Assembly (NCBI RefSeq): GCF_035594765.1
Contig: NC_085844.1
Coordinates: forward strand, 10,121,923-10,185,922
Origin: Anolis carolinensis
Lineage: Eukaryota
Direction of reading: 5' to 3'
DNA length: 64,000 nucleotides
Shown: positions 1 through 12,985 of the stretch, piece by piece
Layout of the letters: every line of letters starts with the position of its first letter
How positions within the stretch are numbered: position 1 is the stretch's first letter
Made by a program: the position numbers and the translations under genes
Notes under the pieces: generated by a model
What the model was told of the DNA's origin: nothing
Seen by the model: the letters and a program-made list of their open reading frames with translations, nothing else
The model's database searches: none

Positions 1-631
1 AACATTTGCCAGAGGTTGATAAATAGAGTTGTGCTGGGGGACCTAGAGATTCCTAGAGAGATATACTCTTTAGGAAACTCTACGTCTTGCAGCACAACCG
101 GCAGATATTGACCATACAGTCACATTGGAGGCCCTAAAGATTCCATAAGAGACTATATTAAGCAAATTTGTGAATAAGTAGCTCAAAAAAGTTGAATACA
201 CAAATGTTTTGTTTAAATATACAGACAATTCCTAAAGGCTTTTATGTACCCTCAAACTTGTTTTTGTATCATATCCTTAGTCATTTTACATTTAACCAAT
301 TCCATGCCAATCTCACCAAGAGAGGTACTTTTTTCTTCTTTCATCATACTCAAACCTACAGTTGTCTGCTACTATAGGAGTTTAAAATAGATTTCTAGAG
401 AAACCAGATTAATCAAAGAACCAAATCCCCAAAAGTTAAACATGCAAATTTGGAGAACTTTAATTTAATTTAATTTATTTCAAGTTCAATGTGTTGTATG
501 TTTTTAAGGCATTGAATAATTGCCGTAGGTAAGCTTCCTTGAGTCCCCTTCAGGGTAGAGAAAAGCCGGCTATAAATGGGGTAAATAAATAAATAAATAA
601 ATAAAATAGTGAGACTGCTAACTACCATGAC

Positions 632-765
632 NNNNNNNNNNNNNNNNNNNNNNNNNNNNNNNNNNNNNNNNNNNNNNNNNNNNNNNNNNNNNNNNNNNNN
701 NNNNNNNNNNNNNNNNNNNNNNNNNNNNNNNNNNNNNNNNNNNNNNNNNNNNNNNNNNNNNNNNN
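632..765. other. Assembly gap (N run)
   Basis: Run of n. Confidence 0.99.
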
Positions 766-1340
766 ATAATCTTAATGCTGAACTAGGCTTTAAAACACTC
801 GGTGATATAAAGTGAAGATTTCTCTTAGGCTTTAAAGTGTGGAGAAAAGTTTTGCAACATACAAGACACTTCTAATGAATCAAGTGAAAAAGGCAGAAAC
901 TGGATTTCAGATATTGGTGCTACTGATAATAATTGTCATCATTACTCCAATCCGGTGCCCGCCCTTCTTGATAAATGGAATTAGAAAGCCTCTCTATGAT
1001 ACTTCTTATCTGAGGTCCGTTGGAGAAGTTCTCTGAAAGAAGAACTGGTTATTACCGAGACATTCAATGTGAAGAAGGAAACTATCTCAACCCTCAAGAA
1101 GCAAAAAGATATGAATGGGATACGGTAAGAGCTCATGTACATTAATTGCTTTTGTGTTGCTGAATTCTTCTTTTCTGTCTTGCCACTTCTATCTGTACTT
1201 TCCTTCACATTCCCAGTGAAAATACTGCTGAATGTTTGATAATTTTGATTCAATATTTAGGCCCCTATCCTTATCAAAATGATGTTTAAGCAGCTCTAAG
1301 GGCTTTCTTTCACACTCAATCCCCACATTCCCCAATCTTT
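766..1340 (+). promoter_or_regulatory. Conserved upstream block of gene 1 (putative promoter and non-coding first exon, donor at 1125)
   Basis: Paralogous to 8493-9060 and 21408-21985. CG|GTAAGA donor at 1125 has counterparts at 8854 and 21790. TATAAA at 806-811. Confidence 0.5.
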
Positions 1341-1698
1341 TGCAGTACTTATCCCCACTGCTTCATAAGTCAGAGAAGTGACAGGCTTGGGAAAGTGATC
1401 TGGTTCAGCCTCTTTCTGCAAATGGCTATTTTATTCAACATAATTGTTAATGAAATGGGGCATTTTGGGACCATCATGTCCAGTGACTGATAAATAAATA
1501 AAACTTGTCATTTACTCCGATAGTAGTGAAATTGACCAGCAGTGGAAGAGTGGCATTCTTCCCCACAGAAAACTGACACAGTTCAAAAGTAACTAGACCT
1601 GATCCATGCCTTGACTGAAATTGGGCAAATGCCAAAAAAACAAAACAAAACAAAACCCAGTTCCAAACCCAGTTCAGTTGTCCACATCTGTCCTCAGG

Positions 1699-1755
<57 letters not shown>
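1699..1755. repeat. (CAT)n microsatellite
   Basis: Perfect CAT repeats. Confidence 0.98.
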
Positions 1756-1756
<1 letters not shown>

Positions 1757-1854
1757 TGTTAGTTTGGTTATTTTGAAGTCCCTCTCATAACTTATCCTTT
1801 TCACTTATGCTGTTTTGCTTAGATGCCATGTTAATATCTGAAATGGAACACAAC

Positions 1855-1901
1855 ATGTCTGAGTTTGTCAATGCTCGTACAAGCCTTAGGTCTGAAAATA
1901 G
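1855..1901 (+). CDS. MRGPR/MAS-like gene 1, upstream coding exon (MSEFVNARTSLRSEN; alternative in-frame ATGs at 1828 and 1843)
   Basis: Acceptor TTTTGCTTAG|1823 and donor AG|GTACGT at 1902. Phase 2, in frame with the acceptor at 4426. Homologous 47-nt segments at 9513 and 25092. Confidence 0.8.
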
Positions 1902-2332
1902 GTACGTATGTGATGCTATTAAACAATTGTATTAATGGTAAAATCAAACAAGAGCTGGTTCAGTGGTTCTCAGACTGGGACCAGGGACTGCTGGGGCTCC
2001 ATGATGTTGCCACTGGAGGTCTGCGAAGGACTGAAGAGATGTTATGATATTTTGCAGTTAAATCCAAATGAACAAACAAGTAAATGAATGGAAGCATGCT
2101 GGAAAGGGAAATGGAATAGTACTGTAAAAACTAAATGTTTTTACAGTACTATTCCATTTCCCTTTCCAGCATTTTTTAAATTTTAAAAAATAGGGAAGTT
2201 TTAAATTTTTTAAATAAAGTTTTAGATTTTTGCAAGAACCTGTTAAAAATGATGTAAAATTCAGGATTAGCACATCAGATTACACCCAAAATGGACAATT
2301 TGAGAGAAAAATTATTATTGTATTATTATGCT

Positions 2333-3485
2333 TTACTTTACTTACTTACTACTTAGGCGATCCCTCGTAGGCCAAAGATGATGGTCCTTCGTTTCTGGTA
2401 TCTTGGGGGTGTGTCTGTAGGTGGCTGAAGAGACCTATTCTTGATCTGCATGTTCTCCCGCAGTGAGGACATTGGTTTCCAGGTGGAAGGCGGTCCCGGT
2501 CAGGGTTGGCTTGACGCTCCTTCCTCTTGGCACGTTTCTCCCTTAAACCCTCTGTTCGTGCCTCTTCGAACTCTGCAGCACTGCTGGTCACAGCTGACCT
2601 CCAATTAGAGCGCTCAAGGGCCAAGGCTTCCCAGTTCTCAGTGTCTATGCCACAGTTTTTAAGGTTGGGTTTAAGCCCATCTTTAAATTTCTTTTCCTGC
2701 CCACCAACATTCCGTTTTCCGTTCTTGAGTTCGGACTGCTTTGGGAGATGGTGATCGGGCATTCGGACAACGTGGCCAGTCCAGTGGAGTTGATGGCGTA
2801 GGAGCATCGCTTCAATGCTGGTGGTCTTTGCTTCTTCCAGCTGGCACTTGTCCTCCTGTCTTCCCAAGAGATTTGCAGGATTTTTCTGAGGCAACGCTGT
2901 TGGAAATGCTCCAGGAGTTGAGTGTGACATCTGTAGACCATCCACGTTTTGCAGGCGTAGAGCAGGGTTGGGAGGACAATGGCTTTGTAAACAAGCACCT
3001 TGGTATCTCTAGGGATGTCCCGATCATCAAACACTCTCTGCTTCATTCTGAAAAATGCTGCACTCACAGAGCTCAGGCGGTGTTGTATTTCAGTGTCAAT
3101 GTTGACTTTTGTGGAGTGGTGGCTGCCAAGGGAGCAGATATGGTCGATATTTTCTATTGTTACGCCATTAAGCTGTATTCCTAGCATTGCAGAGGGATTA
3201 GCTGGTGCCTGCTGGAAGAGGACTTTGGTTTTCTCAATGTTCAATGAGAGGTTGAGCTTCTCGTATGCTTCTGCGAAGGTGTTTAGAGTGGCTTGAAGGT
3301 CTTCTTCTGAATGTGCACAGACTACATTGTCATCGGCATATTGGAGTTCTATAATATATGTTGTGGTGACCTTGGTTTTGGCTTTCAGTCTGCTGAGGTT
3401 AAATAGCTTGCCATCTGTCTGACAGATTATTTCCACTCCGGTGGGAAGCTTCCCATCAACAAAGTGAAGTATCATAGTGATGAAG
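2333..3485 (-). mobile_element. 5'-truncated RTE-clade LINE (RT C-terminus plus C2H2-like tail), frameshifted
   Basis: QYADD RT motif and CPHCGRTC...LFSHLQTH in ORFs 2645-3475 and 2349-2945. (TAAG)n-like tail. 11-bp TSD ATTATTATGCT at 2322-2332 and 3486-3496. Confidence 0.93.
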
Positions 3486-3518
3486 ATTATTATGCTACTA
3501 CTGTGGTAGTAGTAGTAG

Positions 3519-3788
3519 TTTTTTTTTTTACCATGTCACAAGAAAGTTGAGAATATGCTGCAAGTCACCTCTGGTGTGAGGGAATTAGCCATCTACAGAG
3601 ATATTGCCCAGTAGACGTCTGGATGTGTTAGCTGGGAGGCTTCTCTGATGTCCCCGCAAGCTAGAGCTGAACGATGGGAGCTCTCCCCGTCTTGCAGATT
3701 CGTACCGGCAACCTTCAGATCAGCAACCCAACCTTCAGGTCAGCAGTTCAGGCGGCACAAGGGTTTAACCCATTGTACCACCGCGGCA
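3519..3788 (-). mobile_element. tRNA-derived SINE (Sauria-type, poly-A tailed subfamily)
   Basis: Similar to 15800-16060, 21122-21380 and 29623-29882. Confidence 0.8.
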
Positions 3789-4232
3789 AATAGCAGCAGT
3801 AGTGTCATTATTATTGTTATAGTTATTGCTATTACTATTGAGATTAGTATTGTCTATTAATTTTATTACTATTCTATTATCTATTATTATTATTATTATT
3901 ATTATCTACTATTAGTGTTGATAATAATAATATAGAATCATTATAATCAAAATATTATATGTGCATTAACAGATTAAATTATAACTCCTTCTCTATAAAT
4001 TTGAAGGACCTTCATGAGAAAAATGAAAAAAGTGTTTGATACAGTCTTGTGACTTGAATCTTGAGTTAAGTCTTGGTGATCTATGACCACAAAAGATATT
4101 TTAAAATGGGTCCAAAGTGAAGAAGAGATTGAGAACCCTATGAAATTTATAGGCTCACCAGAAGTCAACATAAGACTTGAAAGAATGTACACACATGCAA
4201 TAGCAAGAAGATAGGAGGAAATGAAAGTTGTT

Positions 4233-4353
4233 TTGTTGTTGTTTATTCGTTCAGTCGCTTACAACTCTTCATGGCCTCATGAACCAGCCCACGCCAGAGC
4301 TTCTGGTTGGGTGTCACCACCCACAGCTCCTTCAAGATCAAGCCAGTCATTTC
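4233..4353 (-). mobile_element. BovB-like RTE LINE 3' fragment
   Basis: 3' end ...GCGACTGAACGAATAAACAACAAC on - strand. 8-bp TSD AAGTTGTT (4225-4232 and 4354-4361). Absent from the gene 2 paralog. Confidence 0.7.
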
Positions 4354-4425
4354 AAGTTGTTATCATTTTATATGTCCGGTTCTAGAATAAGAAAAGAGTC
4401 ACTTTGGTCTCTTTTGTTTTTGCAG

Positions 4426-5383
4426 GTCTTTCTATAAACATGGACTGAAATGCTTACTTATGCTCTACACAGATGCATATCCAACCATAAATGGAAGTAC
4501 TGGGATTAGACCTTCAATTGACATTTCAAATCTAAATGGAAAAATGATCAACATTGTTATTGTTCTAGTCTGCCTTTTGGGAATTCTTGGAAATGGAAGG
4601 GTCATTTGGGTTCTTGGCTTCAGCATTAAAAGGAATTCTTTTACAACCTACGTCATGAATCTTTCCATTGCTGATTTTGGGGTCCTCACCTGCCTGCTTG
4701 GCATTGCTTCTATTCAATTTGTATTGAATTCATCTAGTGGAATCCTTGCTATCTTTCTCTATATTTCAATAACCACTGAGCTACTTTTCCTCACTTTTTT
4801 TTCCAGCCAGTTTCTGTTGACAGTCATAAGCATTGACAGGTGTGTGGCTGTTTTCTTTCCAATTTGGCATCGATGCCACCGGCCCCCATATTTATCCACT
4901 GTTGTTTGTGCCATAGTTTGGGTAGTTTCTTTCCTGCTCTCTGGAATTCGTTTTACTCTCATCTACATTTTTTGCTCACGACATATAATATTCGTCCTTG
5001 AGGTGATTGGTCTGCTTTGCCCCCCTCTCATGATCATTTCCACTCTGACTCTGTTCATCAAAGTCTGCTGTAAACTGAAGCAATACCAGCAAGGAAAGCT
5101 TGTTACAACTGTTTTGCTTACACTCCTCTGTTTTTTAATGCTTATTGTGCCTGATATAATCTATAAACTGGATCCTAATTTTCATGTTGCTCTCCTGTCT
5201 TGGATTGCTATTGCCTGTGCTTCTGTGAATAGTAGCATCAACCCATTGATCTATTTCTTAGTCGGGAGGAGGCAAAAGAAGGGTCGGGCCAAAGTCTCCA
5301 TGAAGGTTGCACTTGAGAGGGTTTTCAAGGATGAGCAAGATGTTGTGGAAGAAGAAACGCCTATGGAAGAAATCCATGTATAA
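4426..5383 (+). CDS. MRGPR/MAS-like GPCR gene 1, main coding exon (334 aa when spliced to 1855-1901)
   Basis: 7TM with GN, NLSIADF, SIDRC, PIWHRCHRP and NSSINPLIYFLVG motifs. Acceptor TTTTTGCAG|G. Frame is open from the acceptor. Confidence 0.95.
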
Positions 5384-5464
5384 GGTGCAAAAGTGGTTTT
5401 CTTTTTTTGAAAAAAATATTTTGTATTAATACTTTTTTGAAAATTTATAACACAAGTACTGGAA

Positions 5465-5470
5465 AATAAA
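5465..5470 (+). terminator. Putative polyadenylation signal of gene 1
   Basis: AATAAA about 80 nt after the stop; conserved in gene 2 at 14108-14113. Confidence 0.45.
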
Positions 5471-5705
5471 ATTAAATATTGGTTTCTGAGGAGAAAATGC
5501 AACTATTTTAAAATGACCTTTTTATTATTAATTCTGAAGGATAACAAGTAATTTCAGCAGTTTTCTTCCTGCTACTAGAAAGCTGAGTCCATTTTCAAAA
5601 ACTTTTCAGAATTTGGGACTGCTCAATATTTGTTTATAGTTTTCACAAAAAACAGCATTTGTGCATGAATTGTAAGATCTCAATGCTAGTATTGTTATTG
5701 TTGTG

Positions 5706-5749
<44 letters not shown>

Positions 5750-6221
5750 GTTCATTTACATCCCATTTTCTTCTTTTGAAACATGTAAGAAAGGAAGGAA
5801 TTGCAAGATATTTATTAGTTTTGGATAATGACAACTAAACACTGTGATGTCACTTCAAAAAAAGAAGGCCTGATATCCTCATTTCTAGCCAGAATGGGAA
5901 TCGGCTCTCAAAGAAGCCAAGTCTGAAGGAGGAGAGCCAGTTTCGGAGACCAGAGTTGAACTCTCGCTTGGCCATGGAAATCCACTGGGTGATCTTTGGC
6001 AAGTCATACTCTCTCAGACACAGAGAAGTCAATGCCAGTGCTTTTCAGAACAAATCTTGCCAAGAAAACCCATGGTGACTTAGGATTGCTAACTTATAAT
6101 TATTGTTGTTGAAGCTCCAGATATCTGAATGAAATGCAATCAGCTTCTTGGTCTTATAAACATTGACGACAAGATGTCTAAGACTTCATAGAAGAAATAA
6201 GATACCCAAATAAGTTTTAAA

Positions 6222-6427
6222 AGTAACCTGCTTTATTTTGGTTTCTACTTATGTCTTTTCTGTTCCTCATGAAACATTAACATTTTGAATATTTTCTGTC
6301 AAAATTCTTAGTGAGTTTTTCCGAGTTCATTCTCAATATTTTTTTCTGTATCGCTTAAAGTTTAACCTGCTTCATTTTGCTTTCTACTTATGTCTTTTCT
6401 GTTCCTCATGAAACATTAACATTTTGG
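6222..6427. repeat. Local direct duplication (period ~139 bp)
   Basis: AACCTGCTT...CATGAAACATTAACATTTTG at 6225 and 6364; partial third copy near 6655-6733. Confidence 0.8.
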
Positions 6428-7358
6428 TTATTTTTCTGTTCGTTAATACATTATTTGATTGACTACATTTTTCTTTAGATCATTTTAGCAGTATTTCAAG
6501 ACTAAAAAAAATTCAATATATTTAAAAAATAGACACTAAAATATAAAAAAATTAAATACATAATATCCAAAATGAAAAATAACCTTATATAATTTTCTTT
6601 TTCTTTTTTATTAAAAAAAAACATTAGAAATGAAACGTCCCTCTTTCTTCCAAAATGCTTAGTGAGTTTGTCCTAGTCTAATCTCAATAGTTTTCCTGTA
6701 TATCAGGTTATCACTTAAAGTTTAACCTGCTTCTTCCATCTAAATGGGTTTTCATACATTTGGTATAAATTATGTCTATCTATTTAAACAAACTTTTAAA
6801 ACTTCAATAGTTATTTTCCTTTTTTCTTGTGGTATTTTTTGTTTTTCTTCAATTTGAAGAGAAAATTGTCATACTTGCTTCCCTGGTTCAGTCACATATT
6901 TATTGAAACATTAAAATTTCTAAGAACAGCAACACTAAATGACTATGATTTGAATATTTGATTAAGGAGAATTTTTTTCATCCTCTTCAAGAAAGACTGG
7001 AAACAGTCTTTTCTATGGTGTCAACTCAATTGGTCTTTTAATCTAAAAGTCACATTGAGCCCCAAATTTGGGGAAAGACATGGTAATAATAATAATGTTG
7101 TTGTTGAACATGATATCCCTCCTGCAATGATTTATAGTTTTCCAATAGCTCAAGAATAGAAAAATATGATGATGTAAAGTTTGCAGGTATTTGTTGATAT
7201 GCTTCAGTAGAAATGTGGAGGAGACTGGCAACATCTGCTACCCCACAAAGACTTTATTGTTTCAACCCCTTAATAAAATGTATCCTTTCTTTTAACTTTC
7301 TGCCCACCTTGTATGTTTTAATATCATTTATATACAATATATATGATTTGTATCAAAA

Positions 7359-8243
7359 TATAACAAGATGAGCCTCGGAGGTCTTCACCTTTCAGCCACC
7401 CCACAGAGATATTTCCTGGACAGAAGAGGCTGGGTCGAGCCCCATGGCTTTCCTTGGCAAGGGAGATAATCAAGACCCATTGTGTGTACATGGACAATGA
7501 TAGAGACAGTTTCCATGCCTGATCTGATAAAGTCAGCCAATGTTTGTTCAGCCAAGTCTCCCAATTGGGCTGAGAGATTGCTGAGCATGGAAACAGAAGC
7601 CTGAAATATGTACATTTGCAGACTCCTTTATTTCAGCTCTGAGGCTTGATTAAAAGAGATCAAGTGTCCCAATTGCACTGAGAGAATAATGACCATGGAA
7701 ACAGAAGCTTGAAATAAGTACATTTGCAGACTATGAAGCTTAATTAAAAGCGATCATCACCTTTTGTTCCTGGGAGCCCTTACCTTAGTTTTCCCAAAGC
7801 ATTTCCCCATCATCTGGAACTGGAACATTAAGCCACCCAGAAACTCATTAACATTTCCCAAATATAGATCTTCTGGAGCTTTCCCTCCTCCTACAGCTGA
7901 TTGGCCCTCCTGAACCAATCCCCCATCATCTCCTTTCTGCCAGAGGGATTCCCTGCCTGGAGTGCCAGCCAATCAGGGCACAGATCCAAACTGGCTCTTC
8001 TTTTTTTTTTTGGCCAATCAGGGAGGGAGCAGTAGGTTTGAATAGATGTCAAATGTATAAAACCTTGCGTTTTTGTATTCATGTTATGCTGTATCTTTGA
8101 AAGCATTTGCTTGTGCATGCATTCTATATGGCCAGAACAAATAAACCTCTGTGGCTTGTCTTCAGTCTAGTGGGTGACTTCTTTGTCCTCGTCTATTTCG
8201 ATTCATCTTGAATACTTGCTGGGCTTGGATTTCTAGCTCTAAA
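7359..8243 (+). mobile_element. Probable ERV-like solo LTR (ends imprecise)
   Basis: Internal ~38-bp direct repeats (7587, 7694), clustered CCAAT boxes (7900-8020), TATAAAA at ~8056, AATAAA at ~8140. No clean TG..CA ends or TSD seen. Confidence 0.55.
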
Positions 8244-8492
8244 TCTAACTACAATATGAATAAGAAGATGAGGCATGTTCTTCTTCATATAGCTGAAAAA
8301 AGAGAGATATATATTTAAGATCCATATGAGAGAATTCATTCCAGTGCTGGAGGCTGGATATGAAAATGTAATTTTTTATTTCTATATTAGAAGGATTGCT
8401 AACTACTACCATGACAATATATTTACAGTTTCCCCCATTGTAACACATACTAACACAAATCCACACACACGGGGACTATTGGCTTAAAAAAT

Positions 8493-9060
8493 ATCTTAAT
8501 GCTGAACTAAGCTTTAAAACACATGGCAATATAAAGGGAGGATTTCTTTTTAACTGTAAAGGGCAGAGAAAGCTTTTGCAACATACAAGACACTTCTAAT
8601 GCATCAAGTGAACAAAGCAGGAACTGGATATTGGTGCTCCTGATAATAATTGTCATCATTACACCATTCCGGTGCCCCGCCCTTGTTGAGAAATAGAATT
8701 CGAAAGCCTCTCTATAATACTTCATATTTGAGGTTGTTTGGAAAGTTTCTCTGAAAGAAGAACTGATTATTACTGAGATCCAATGCGTAGAAGGAAAACA
8801 TCTCAACCCTGTATATTGGCACATGGAAGCAAAACTGATGTAATTGGGATACGGTAAGAGCTCATGTACATTAATTGCTTTTGTGTTGCTGAATTCTACT
8901 TTTCTGTGTTGCCACTTCTATCTGCACCTTCCATCACATTCCCAGTGAAAATACTGCTGAATGCTTGAGAATTTTGATTCATCATTTAGGCCCCTATCCT
9001 TATCAAAATCATGTTTAAGCAGCTCTGAGGACTTTCCTTCACACTCATCCCTCACATTCC
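8493..9060 (+). promoter_or_regulatory. Conserved upstream block of gene 2
   Basis: Paralog of 766-1340; donor CG|GTAAGA at 8854. Confidence 0.5.
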
Positions 9061-9512
9061 CCAATCTTTTACAGTACTCATCTCCAATGCTTCTGAACTT
9101 ATAAGGCAGAGAAGTGACAGGCTTGGCAGAGTGATCTCGTTCAGCCTCTTCCACCAAAGGGCCACTTTATTCAATGTAATTGTTAATGAAATGGGGCATT
9201 TTGAGACCACCATTTCTAGTGAATGATAAATAAATAAAACTATACATTTATTCAGATAGAAGTGAAATTTACTGCCAGTGGAAGAATGTGTTTTTTTCTC
9301 CACAGAAAACTGACACAGTTCAAAATAACTAGACTTGACCCATGCCTTGACTGAAATTGGGCAAAAACAGTTCCAAACCCAGTGTCCTCAAGCATTATTA
9401 TTACTCCTATTATCTCTCAGCTTGGATATATTGAAGATCCTCTCATAACTTATCTCTTTTGCTTATGCTGTTTTGCTTAGATGTCATGTTAATATCTGCA
9501 ATGGAACACAAC

Positions 9513-9559
9513 ATGTCTGAGTTTGGCAATGCTCGTACAAGCCTTAGGTCTGAAAATTG
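9513..9559 (+). CDS. MRGPR/MAS-like gene 2, upstream coding exon (MSEFGNARTSLRSEN)
   Basis: Acceptor AG|9481, donor TG|GTACGT at 9560, phase 2. Near-identical to 1855-1901. Confidence 0.75.
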
Positions 9560-9618
9560 GTACGTATGTGATGCTATTAAACAATTGTATTAATGGTAAA
9601 ATCAAACAAGAGCTGGTT

Positions 9619-9923
9619 CAGTGGTTCTCTTCTTGGCCAGATGCCAAGGACTGCTAATATCACAGGGACCTGATGAAGGACAGAAGAAATATTATGATTT
9701 ATTGCAATTCAGTCTGAATGAACGAACAAGTGAAAGAACAAAAACATGCTGGAAAGGGAAACGGAATAGAACTATACATTTTTAAATCAAATTTTAAGCA
9801 ACAGGGTGAAGTTTTAAAAAGGTTTGAATAAATTTCACATCTGTGCAATAACATGTTAAAATTTACTAAAATTCAAGATCAGCACATTTGGATACAGCCA
9901 AAAAGTTGTTGTTGTTGTTGTTG

Positions 9924-9979
<56 letters not shown>

Positions 9980-10342
9980 GTGGTTATTATTAGTTGTACC
10001 AGTAGTAGTAGTAGTAGTGTTATTATAGTTATAGTTATTGCTATTACTTTTGAGATTATTGCTGTCTATTAATGTTGTTACTACACTATTAGCTATTATT
10101 AGTGTTGATGCTAATTTTGGAATAGTTATAATCCAAATATTATATTTTGATAGGAATGTGTACATTAATAGATTAATTTATAACCCTTCATATTCAAATT
10201 TGAAGGACCTTCATGAGAAAATTGAAATAATTATTTGATACAATGTAGTGCTTTGAATCTTTAGTTAAGTCTTGGGGATTTATGACCAAAAAAAGGTATT
10301 TTAAAAGGGGGTCCATGGTGAAGAAAAGATTGAGAACCACCG
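9619..10342. mobile_element. Old non-autonomous hAT-like element containing AAT/GTT microsatellites
   Basis: TIRs CAGTGGTTCTC / GAGAACCACCG; 6/8 TSD. Confidence 0.6.
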
Positions 10343-11918
10343 AGCTAGTCCACAAAGCCACTTGCCTATCAAGAAACTCACAAAGTGTTTAAAAGAGAAA
10401 GGAAACAAATATAGATAACGGAGGCCGTAACTACCAACTTTGGATAATTGCATGAACCACATCATAACCTATAGAAAAAGAGACATACTTTTGAATATTT
10501 CCAAAAGAGGATTTAAAATACTGCTTTATGGGTCTCTTTAAAAAAATGTAAACACCATTATTCTTCCCCATTTCCCCCATAGGAACAGGATAAGCAACCT
10601 GTCAAACCCCCTGTCCACATGTGGAAAACGTTCGGTAAGTATGTAAATGTATTCTATAATTCAATCAGAGAAATAACTGTGTATAACTATTCACTACGCT
10701 TAATGCAAAAAAACCAAAAAAACAAACAAAACCTCAGGCAACATGGGGAGGTGGAGTGCCTGTTCCCCCACCTCCTAGCAAAGTAGCTTGGGAGAAGCAC
10801 TTCCCACTTCTCAGAATCTGCCTTACTCAGTCACATGGCAGCAATCTGACCTGAGCTGTGATAAATGCATTTTTTTTTGTCTTTTGAAGGGAAATTTGGG
10901 ATACCGGCTGGGTGTGGGGTGATCCTGCCCCTTTCCAACAGGCTTTAGCACAGCTGGGCTATGGGCCACTGTCCCACCACTGAGATGGTTGACAGGACCC
11001 TAATGTGGCCATAATGCAGCTCTGAACAGGTATGTTTAATACCGGTTCAGAGCTGCCGTATGTGCCTTTGTAGAACTGTCCAATGTAATTTTATACAACT
11101 TTAGCCACTATGACCCATGGTTAAGGAATCATGTAGTTTTATTTATTTATTTATTACATTGTTTCTACCCCACCCTTCTCACCCCTCAGGGGACTCAGGG
11201 CGGCTTACAATATAAACATATACATCAAAACAATTTATATCACATCTAAAAATCCATTTAGATTAAAAATTACATTAAAATTAAGAGCTTACATTAAAAA
11301 ACCTACATAGTTATACATATAAATATATGTTCAGGCGCATTTCAAGTCCAAGTAGGGGCAATCAGTGAGTCGTATAATTATCATATTAGTCATGCAACAC
11401 CCTTCTGAGGACTCTCCAGAAAGAAATCATGTCACAAGTTTGTGTTTACACAAAAAAGGGGAACATCCTAAATATTCTGATTTCAATTTTGTCAGGTCAA
11501 ATGACAATTATAGTTTTAAAGCCCCTAAGAAAACAGAGCTAAGGCATTAACAACTAGCAATTAATAAAGTATCCTCAGCAAATGCGAAATCTATTGAAAA
11601 TGAAATCTAAAGCAGGCCTCTTCACATGCACTGCTCTGCCTTAACAAAAACATATTTGGATGGTTGAATATGGACATTTCTTTTACAAGATCTTTAGCCG
11701 TTCCTGCCAAACACTGCTGGTGCCTCAAGAAATTACAAATCCTATGATTCCATAGCATTGAGCCATGGCTTCTAAAGTGGCGTTAAATGCATTAATTCTA
11801 CAGCATAGAAGCACACTTTCGCCATTGTAATGCTGTATTTCCTTGATTCTAAGATGCAGTCCCAGCATATAAACAGTTCTAAAAATATGATGTCTCTTAG
11901 AATATTGTTTGGTTTATA

Positions 11919-12204
11919 GGTAAAGGGTAAAGGTTTCCCCTGGCATTAAGTCCAGTCATTTCCAACTCTGAGGGTTGGTGCTCATCTCAATTTCTAAGCC
12001 GAAGAGCCAGTGTTGTCCGTAGACACCTCCAAGGTAATGTGGCCGACATGACTCCATGGAGTGCTGTTACCTTCCTGCCGGAGTGGTACCTATTGATCTA
12101 CTCACATTTGCATGTTTTCGAACTGCTAGGTTGGCAGAAGCTGGAGCTAACAGTGGGCACTCACTCCGCTCCCCACATTTGAACCTGGGATCTTTTGGTC
12201 TGCA

Positions 12205-12263
<59 letters not shown>

Positions 12264-12535
12264 CTTTATTTATACCCCACCACCATCTCCCCGCGGGGAT
12301 TCGGGGCAGCTTACATGCGGCAGAGGCCCAAACAACATAGAACAAAACATAGGCAACATAATACAAATCACACTATAAAAAGATAAAACAGTAATACAAT
12401 ATATCAATTAAAACAAAAATACAGGATAAAAAATTGCATTTAAAGCACATAAATGGTAAAATCGTAATAAAAACGGGATAGTTTTAGTTTAGTTCAGCAG
12501 CTCAGCGCTTTAACAAACTGAGCCACTGGAGGCTC
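11919..12535 (-). mobile_element. Sauria SINE interrupted by (AAT)n and a LINE-tail fragment
   Basis: (ACCTTT)n-type tail; body matches 33097, 45960, 53488 and 59818; resumes near 12491. Confidence 0.85.
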
Positions 12536-12985
12536 CTGTATGGTTTATATCTTTATATAAATAAAGCTTTTTTTCTGGTTAGTGGTACTGAAATTCGTTT
12601 GTGTCTTATAATTGATAGTGTCTTAGAATTGAAGAAATATGATAATATAATAATATGGAGCCCTAAACTGTATGTATCAAATTATCACAACTATCTGCCA
12701 GTAAAGACTGGCCTTTTCTAATCTTGGAAGCTAAGTGGGACCTGCCCTGGTTAGTATTTGAATACCAGTTGGCTATATTTCAGAGGAAGGACAACACAAA
12801 ACTTTCTGGAGTCATATGTACATCCCGCCCCCAAAGCATCAACACTATACACGTGGGTTAAGGTTGTACATCCATAACATGGGAGCTGGAAACAAGACCA
12901 TGGGAAGAAATGAAAATTGATTTCAATATATATAGTCAGTTCCTGAATAGGAACATAGTCACTTTGCCCTGTCTTCTATTTGCAG

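Larger units (their letters stand above)
1961..4139. mobile_element. Old non-autonomous hAT-like element in gene 1 intron, interrupted by RTE and SINE insertions
   Basis: Starts CAGTGGTTCTCA and ends TGAGAACC. Paralogous copy at 9619-10342 has a degenerate 8-bp TSD (AGCTGGTT/AGCTAGTC). Confidence 0.55.

Noticed and set aside
1474-1755. Short ORFs with poly-M, poly-N, poly-I or poly-L tracts here and elsewhere
   Set aside because: They are translations of microsatellites, TE sequence or antisense GPCR frames
10583-10634. 52-nt exon-like segment (AG...GTAAGT) as a rescue of the gene 2 frameshift
   Set aside because: Inclusion gives phase 0 and an immediate TGA in the main exon; no paralogous copy seen
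12910-12985. ORF-track N-terminal extension of gene 2 (MKIDFN...)
   Set aside because: It runs through the polypyrimidine tract and acceptor shared with the paralogs, so it is intronic. The same applies to 35063-35139 in gene 4.
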